NCBI GenBank assembly: GCA_026419015.1
Contig: JAOAAF010000001.1
Location: 28,283 to 92,282 of the forward strand
Reading direction: 5' to 3'
From: Spirochaetota bacterium
GTDB lineage: Bacteria > Spirochaetota > UBA4802 > JAGODF01
Length of the DNA: 64,000 nt
The notes beneath the pieces are model-generated. The model searched no databases and was not told where the DNA came from. It was given only the letters and a program-made list of their open reading frames with translations. Of this stretch, positions 58,374 to 64,000 are shown piece after piece. Positions within the stretch are counted from its first letter, which is position 1, and each line of letters begins with the position of its first letter. The position numbers were made by a program, and so were the translations under genes.

Positions 58374-60144
58374 TTGCTTCCTCGCTGTGTATACGCGGAA
58401 ACTCAATTATAAATTCTGCGCCTTCCCCTAATTTTGAGTGGCACTTAATTCGGCCTTTGTGCTCAAAGATGATCTTTTCAACAATTGCAAGTCCAAGACC
58501 ACTCCCGTGTTCTTTTAAAGAAAAATTTGGCTCAAATATTTTTGGAATATCTTCTTCTTTTATTCCCACCCCATCGTCTTTTATGGAGATTCGCGCTGCG
58601 TTTTTTTCTCGATCGAAATAGGTTGAAATCCACACATTGCCTTTCCCGTTGAGAGAATCGATGGCGTTTTGTATGAGATTGACCATTACCTGCCGAATCA
58701 GTATTTTATCGAAATACAGGGGTGGGAGGTTTTCGTCAAGCGATAAGTGGAAGTTGATTTGCTCGTGACCTTTGAAGAATTCAACGCAATTTACAATTTT
58801 TGCATTTAAATTTCCCAATTCGAGTTTTGCTTCTGGTAATCGGGCAAAACGGGAAAACTCGGAAATAATCTCCATAAGGGAATCAACTTCTTCAATAATC
58901 GTTGCAGTACCTCTCTCAATGATGGTAGCTAAATCGGGATGATTTTCAAAGAAACGCTTTCGTATCCTTTCTGCAGAAAGCCGTATTGGGGTGAGAGGGT
59001 TTTTTATCTCGTGAACTAATTTTCTCGCAATATCATGCCATGCTTGCAATTTTTGTTTTTGATACATTATTTCTCTGCTTTCGCGGAGTTGTTCCGACAT
59101 TTTGTTAAACGATTTGAACAACATTGCCATTTCATCTTCCGAATCGCGTTCGAGGTGAATGGAAAAATTGCCAGATGCGATCTGTCGCGCTGCGGAGGCA
59201 AGTTCATACACAGGTTTTGTGATGCTATTTGAGAGAAAATAGCTTACCGAAATTGAAAGAATAACTATGATAATGGAAAGTATGAGCAGGAAAATTCCTA
59301 TTCCTGTTTGCAAATATGGTTTCAAAAAGTAACGCTGCTGATATCTCCCTAAAGCCTCTTGGTAAAGGGCGATGCGGGCAAACAATATCTCTGGAACTTT
59401 CTTGTACAAGATTAATACTTTGTTCCCTTCTCGTAACGCACCCATAACGACCGAATGTGCACCGATGCTAATATTGTATATGCGAACACCTTGATTGGGT
59501 GGAATCGTATTTAAAATTATGCCCATACCGCTTGTAAATTCGTTGGGAAGATAGCGCGAATTGTAAACAAAACCAATACCGTGCACCAATGTATATAAAC
59601 AAATACCAAATCCTTGTGATTTAAGTTTTTCTTCTTGTTTTAATAACGCAGGGTATACTGCATCGAGGCCATGATTTGCAATAATTTCAAGGCGATAGCG
59701 GATGTCGTCAAATGAAGAGGAAATCGTTTCATTCGCCATTTTAAGCGATTCTTCCATTGCTTGGGTATCGCGTTCGCTAATGTATTGAGAAATTGTGTGA
59801 TGAACAATTCTATTCGTGAGAATAATAATCGGAAGAGAGGGAATAATAGCAACGAATACGAAGGCTATAGCAATTTTAAACCGTATGCTTGTTGTAATTT
59901 CGGATGATTGTAAGTAGATTTGTCTTCGAAACGAAACAATTATAAAGTAAATTGCCGCAATGACGGGGATCGACATCATAAGGTAAAGAAAATATATTTT
60001 CCCCATCTCTTCTTCAGCACCGCTTGTAGGGAAAAGCCCAACAATGAGGAGGGCAGCGAAGAAAAAGATGCCGAGAAGGAAAATAAAATCCTGCAATCGT
60101 GCCTTGCTTGAAATAAGTTTTTTTAAAAACAGTGTGCTTTTCAT
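58351..60144 (-). CDS. ntrY: NtrY-like sensor histidine kinase
   Basis: TM segments, HAMP, AWHDIARKLVHEIKNPLTPIRLSAE, GSGLGL. Confidence 0.85.
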   Translation of the reverse strand: MKSTLFLKKLISSKARLQDFIFLLGIFFFAALLIVGLFPTSGAEEEMGKIYFLYLMMSIPVIAAIYFIIVSFRRQIYLQSSEITTSIRFKIAIAFVFVAIIPSLPIIILTNRIVHHTISQYISERDTQAMEESLKMANETISSSFDDIRYRLEIIANHGLDAVYPALLKQEEKLKSQGFGICLYTLVHGIGFVYNSRYLPNEFTSGMGIILNTIPPNQGVRIYNISIGAHSVVMGALREGNKVLILYKKVPEILFARIALYQEALGRYQQRYFLKPYLQTGIGIFLLILSIIIVILSISVSYFLSNSITKPVYELASAARQIASGNFSIHLERDSEDEMAMLFKSFNKMSEQLRESREIMYQKQKLQAWHDIARKLVHEIKNPLTPIRLSAERIRKRFFENHPDLATIIERGTATIIEEVDSLMEIISEFSRFARLPEAKLELGNLNAKIVNCVEFFKGHEQINFHLSLDENLPPLYFDKILIRQVMVNLIQNAIDSLNGKGNVWISTYFDREKNAARISIKDDGVGIKEEDIPKIFEPNFSLKEHGSGLGLAIVEKIIFEHKGRIKCHSKLGEGAEFIIEFPRIHSEEANGKNSHS

Positions 60145-60728
60145 TGTTCAATCATAAACGATGGGCCGTTGACCCACCCTGTATCGAAATCCCAATATCC
60201 AACGATGTATTTGAATATAAGATTCATAGGAAAATAAAGCTCAATTGATGAAAGCTCTGCCCGAGCCCGAACGCGGTACGGTTTTCCTTTCAATAATTTT
60301 GCGCTTGGTATTTCGAATTTGAAAACAGAAAAAAAATCATTAAGCAATTGGCGTTCGTTGTGATAGGTACTTTTTGTCCCTTTTTCTGAAATGATGTACG
60401 AGCGATTCCAAAAATCAAATTTCATCGAACGGTGGATCTCAATGCTGTGAACAGTTTTTGAATAAATAAAATCGAATGGATTTACTTTTATAATTTGAAT
60501 CGTTATCGTAAGCTTAGTTTCAATGCCCCTTTTTATTGCTTCAATGATGTCACTTTCAGCATATTTGATTATAGCGATATCGATAAAGCGACGTTCGTTT
60601 TCAACAAAGATGTTGCTCATTCGAAGTTGAGTTGCAAAAGCTCTGCTAGTGATCGAGATACAAATTCCCACCACTAATGAAAATTGCAATATGATATGAA
60701 GTTTCGGTTGTTGAATTGTTCGATTCAT
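60141..60728 (-). CDS. DUF4390-like exported protein
   Basis: EAIKRGI...FDFW pattern, WDFDTGW C-terminus; position just upstream of ntrY is typical. Confidence 0.65.
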   Translation of the reverse strand: MNRTIQQPKLHIILQFSLVVGICISITSRAFATQLRMSNIFVENERRFIDIAIIKYAESDIIEAIKRGIETKLTITIQIIKVNPFDFIYSKTVHSIEIHRSMKFDFWNRSYIISEKGTKSTYHNERQLLNDFFSVFKFEIPSAKLLKGKPYRVRARAELSSIELYFPMNLIFKYIVGYWDFDTGWVNGPSFMIEQ

Positions 60729-60752
60729 TTGGTATAGCGAATATAAAAGGCT

Positions 60753-61310
60753 TTAAAATTGAATGTGATTTCCAAATGAAAATTCAATTCGATCATTTGT
60801 TGTTTCTACGGAAAGTTGCAATCGTAATCGGTTTTTCCAATAGGGGAAATAAATTTCTCGATTATATGTCTCGGCAGAGTGAACTGCATCGATCACGCAG
60901 AGCACCTTTATGAAAATAATCGAGAATAAATACCCTATAATTATACTTCTATCTTTTTTTGAAATGTCATTCCATCGCACTACTTCTTCATCGGATGCTG
61001 CATATTTATCGGTATAATAGAAAAGGCCATAAACTAATAATCCTTTTTGAAAGATGTCCATCATAAGGAAAAGAGAACCGCGTCCGTAGTTTTGGGTATA
61101 AAACTGTCCCAAGCCGTTCCAACTCCATGAAAGCAATCCTGCAAGAAATGGGTCTTTGCGTTCGGGTTCATCCAAAAAATATGGGGTTTGTGCAGTGCTT
61201 TCTTTTTGCGATGGAATAGCTTGTGCGTATGAAAACTGAAAAGCTGCGATGGCAAACACAAATGCGAGAAATCCAATTACCGTCATCTTAAAAGCGAGTT
61301 TGTAAGCCAA
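60753..61310 (-). CDS. DUF5683/P13-like membrane protein
   Basis: TTG start with GAGGAG RBS; signal peptide; KDPFLAGLLSWSWNGLGQFY; terminal Phe. Confidence 0.6.
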   Translation of the reverse strand: MAYKLAFKMTVIGFLAFVFAIAAFQFSYAQAIPSQKESTAQTPYFLDEPERKDPFLAGLLSWSWNGLGQFYTQNYGRGSLFLMMDIFQKGLLVYGLFYYTDKYAASDEEVVRWNDISKKDRSIIIGYLFSIIFIKVLCVIDAVHSAETYNREIYFPYWKNRLRLQLSVETTNDRIEFSFGNHIQF

Positions 61311-61890
61311 GATATACGCTCCTCATATCATTAGTTTTTGTAAAAATAAAAGGGTATGTTTCGCGGAGTTTTTTTTGTTGGTGTTCGAGATTCATGTTGA
61401 AAATTCGGGCGGTTCGAACAGCATCGGATATATTATAAAGATGAATAATTCCCACTATTGAAATAATGCCCAAAAATACATTGCGCCGAGAGGTTTCAAT
61501 TACTCCTAAATCGGAACGCTTTGCATCGACGTTAATTTTAAATCCCGTTTTTCCACCTGCAGAAAAATCAAAATTAATAAAATACAGTATTGCGCCAAGC
61601 GTAAGAGTGTATTCGGTAATCATAAAAACAGTACCTTTCGTGATTTCTCCTGAATAATATTGACCAAGGCCTGGAATATACCACGAAAGGATACCCGCGA
61701 GTATAGGATCCCTTTTTCGTTCGAAAAAAGCTTTCTGGTATTCGAGTTGTTCGAGAATTTTAAGTTCTGCCGCCTTTGAAGTTTTGCCCGTAGGTTGACC
61801 CTGAATGCCGAATGCATCTCTGGGAGCAAATACCGCAATGAGTATGAACACAAAATGTATTGTGAAAACCAACTGTAATCGACGTTTCAT
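61288..61890 (-). CDS. DUF5683/P13-like membrane protein
   Basis: Signal peptide; RDPILAGILSWYIPGLGQYY; terminal Phe. Confidence 0.6.
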   Translation of the reverse strand: MKRRLQLVFTIHFVFILIAVFAPRDAFGIQGQPTGKTSKAAELKILEQLEYQKAFFERKRDPILAGILSWYIPGLGQYYSGEITKGTVFMITEYTLTLGAILYFINFDFSAGGKTGFKINVDAKRSDLGVIETSRRNVFLGIISIVGIIHLYNISDAVRTARIFNMNLEHQQKKLRETYPFIFTKTNDMRSVYLGLQTRF

Positions 61891-61967
61891 GATAAGTTTT
61901 ATTCTTTATTTCAATAAAATTTTCAAGAATTTATTTTCTTAATGGTAAAAATTTTTACTCATGAACA

Positions 61968-62231
61968 TCAAGAGTTAAATTCTGTTTGAATGAGCCGCAC
62001 GATGTTTTCAACAGCTTCTTTTTCTTCTTCACCTTTGGCACGCACAATTAGTTTTGTTCCTTTTGTTATTGCAAGTGAAAGAACAGACATGATGGATTTT
62101 CCGTTAGCTTCTATATCTCCCTTGATAAAATATACTTCGCAAGGGTATTTCATTGCCTCTTTCACCAACATCATGGCTGGGCGGGCATGAATTCCCGCAT
62201 CGCTGTTAATCTGGATTACCTTTTCCGTCAT
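61968..62231 (-). CDS. ptsH: Phosphocarrier protein HPr
   Basis: GIHARPA (His15) and KSIMSV (Ser46). Confidence 0.95.
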   Translation of the reverse strand: MTEKVIQINSDAGIHARPAMMLVKEAMKYPCEVYFIKGDIEANGKSIMSVLSLAITKGTKLIVRAKGEEEKEAVENIVRLIQTEFNS

Positions 62232-63180
62232 GGCTATTTTGCTGTCTTTTAATCCATTCTTGAATTCGTGCATCCAACTCTTGCGCTGTATAAACGCCCA
62301 TTTTTTTCAAGCGTTGGTTAAGCGCAGCAGTTTCGATGATGATGGGTATATTTCGTCCCGGCCGCACGGGCACTGTTATAAATGGCACATTAATATCGAG
62401 AATTGTATAGTAGTGTTCATCGATGCCCAATCGATCGTAATATTTCGATGCATCCCATTCTTCTAAAAGCACAACGAGTTCTATTCGTTTGCGATTTCTT
62501 ACTGCCCCAATGCCATACAACTCTTTCACGTTTATTATGCCAAGTCCGCGAATTTCGAGATGATGGCGCACAATTTCCGAACCGCTTCCCATAAGCAACG
62601 ATTCATCGATTTTTCGGATCTCTACTATATCGTCTGCAACGAGTCTATGGTTTCGTTCAATGAGTTCTAGCGCGGTTTCGCTTTTCCCAACTCCGCTCTT
62701 TCCTATTAGTAAAACCCCAATTCCAAATACTTCTACCAATGTACCGTGCATGGTGATTGAAGGAGCAAAGAATTCTTCAATGACATGAGTAACGAGGCTA
62801 ATAAAGCGCGTTGTTTTGTGTCGAGTTACCATAATCGGCACGCCTTTTTCGTTCGCGATCGCAAGGAATTGTGAATCAGGCATTAGCGAATGCGTGAACA
62901 CGCAGCAGAGAATATCAAATGAAAAAAATTTGTTGTATACTTCGATTTTTTTTTCGATGGGTAATTTTTCTAAAAAAGCGGTTTCGCCAAGTCCAAAGAT
63001 TTGAATTCGATCGAATGCGAAAAAGTCGTAAAAACCAGCAAGGGTAAGTCCCGGTCGATTCATTTCGGTTCCTGGAATTAATTTCGACAGTCCTCTTTCG
63101 CCGGCAACGAGTTGTAGTTGCAAATCAATGTTGCCCGTCGGACCAAGGAGATCACGTATGCAAAGTTTTTTCTGTTCCAT
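62206..63180 (-). CDS. hprK: HPr kinase/phosphorylase
   Basis: NRPGL, GKSGVGKSETALEL, HRLVADD, LEIRGLG, PVRPGRN. Confidence 0.97.
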   Translation of the reverse strand: MEQKKLCIRDLLGPTGNIDLQLQLVAGERGLSKLIPGTEMNRPGLTLAGFYDFFAFDRIQIFGLGETAFLEKLPIEKKIEVYNKFFSFDILCCVFTHSLMPDSQFLAIANEKGVPIMVTRHKTTRFISLVTHVIEEFFAPSITMHGTLVEVFGIGVLLIGKSGVGKSETALELIERNHRLVADDIVEIRKIDESLLMGSGSEIVRHHLEIRGLGIINVKELYGIGAVRNRKRIELVVLLEEWDASKYYDRLGIDEHYYTILDINVPFITVPVRPGRNIPIIIETAALNQRLKKMGVYTAQELDARIQEWIKRQQNSHDGKGNPD

Positions 63181-63331
63181 CGCAATTATTGTCTTGCGCA
63201 ATTGAATATTTTTTGCTTTTGATGATGTCAATATTTTTTTGCAAACATCCGCGAAGATTAGAGTTCGAATGCATATTGTGCTTGACTCATGGCACATTTT
63301 TGCTAATGTTTTTTAGAATTGAGGAATTGAA

Positions 63332-64000
63332 ATGAATACCTTTTCTTTTTCTGCATTCTTCAAATTTGTGCCCACCGAAGTGCATTGGTTTGATATTAGC
63401 CTCATCTTTATTTATTTAATAGGAATATCCATTTTTGGGTATTTTTTTCACCGGCGAATTAAAAATTCAAGCGATTACTTTTTGGCAGGTAAGACGCTCC
63501 CATGGTGGATAATTGGAATGTCTATTATTGGCACAAATATAGGGTCGAACGATTATGTGGGAGGAGCAGGCGGGGCATTTCGTTACGGGATTGCGCAGGC
63601 GAACTTTGAATGGATTGGTGCAATCCCTGCAATGGTAATTTCTGCGATAGTTTTTATTCCTTTTTATTGGCGTGCGGGAGTATTTTCAATTCCCGAGTAC
63701 TTGGGCAGGCGCTATAATCAAGCGGTACGCGTTATTTCAGCAACCGTGCTCTCGCTCTTTTCGGTACTCATTGTTGGCGTATTTCTGTGGTCAACGGCAC
63801 TGATGTTAAATACGTATTTGGGATGGCCGATTGCCTTTAGCATTGTCATTACCGCAGGAGTTGTTGGACTTTATACCATATCTGGTGGCCTTGAAGCGGT
63901 TGCCTATACCGATGCAGTGCAAATGGTTATTATGTTTATTGGTGCAATCGCAATGGCAATACTTGGATTTCATGCGGTAGGTGGAATTGGGAATTTTGTC
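63332..64000 (+). CDS. Sodium:solute symporter (SSS family), 3'-truncated by window edge
   Basis: Not in ORF track; manual translation from ATG 63332 (GAGGA RBS) gives DYFLAGKTLPWW, IPEYLGRRY and YTISGGLEAVAYTDAVQ, open to the window end. Confidence 0.93.
   Translation, partial: MNTFSFSAFFKFVPTEVHWFDISLIFIYLIGISIFGYFFHRRIKNSSDYFLAGKTLPWWIIGMSIIGTNIGSNDYVGGAGGAFRYGIAQANFEWIGAIPAMVISAIVFIPFYWRAGVFSIPEYLGRRYNQAVRVISATVLSLFSVLIVGVFLWSTALMLNTYLGWPIAFSIVITAGVVGLYTISGGLEAVAYTDAVQMVIMFIGAIAMAILGFHAVGGIGNFV

Noticed and set aside
1..64000. CRISPR array, IS element, prophage, rRNA or recoded stop codons
   Set aside because: No regular repeats, transposase or phage genes, or interrupted conserved ORFs were seen

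Overview
Mostly core and metabolic chromosome from a bacterium that looks like a Leptospirae-related member of Spirochaetota. This taxonomy is inferred from spirochaetal-type lipoboxes, a LipL46-like lipoprotein, a 7TM-SpoIIE phosphatase, a cyclase-FecR pair and an hprK-ptsH-ntrYX-priA block. The window opens with the end of a qrcCD-like menaquinone reductase operon, followed by a lipid/fatty-acid cluster (hydrolase, enoyl-CoA isomerase, FabK/NMO-like enzyme, TetR, FadH). It then carries tsaEB, a PAS hybrid kinase, ygiQ, glyA, acpS, a Cam-type gamma carbonic anhydrase, a GH13 alpha-glucosidase, tRNA-Ala(CGC), ychF, ribH-nusB-TPR-dgt, nhaC, priA, ntrYX, ptsH, hprK and a partial sodium:solute symporter. 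I saw no CRISPR array, transposase, integrase or prophage. The best candidates for undescribed biology concern cyclic-nucleotide signalling: (i) a membrane adenylate cyclase coupled to a FecR-4xIg-2xPEGA-PQQ-propeller protein; (ii) a HEAT-repeat protein with a degenerate class III cyclase domain; (iii) an NTT-like transporter-HEAT-cNMP fusion, with a possible internal start, coupled to an Omp85-like barrel. Also notable are a Qrc module outside sulfate reducers, a small cationic six-Cys secreted peptide and a degenerate Fe-S UDG beside priA. All family calls come from reading motifs by eye; no database searches were run.
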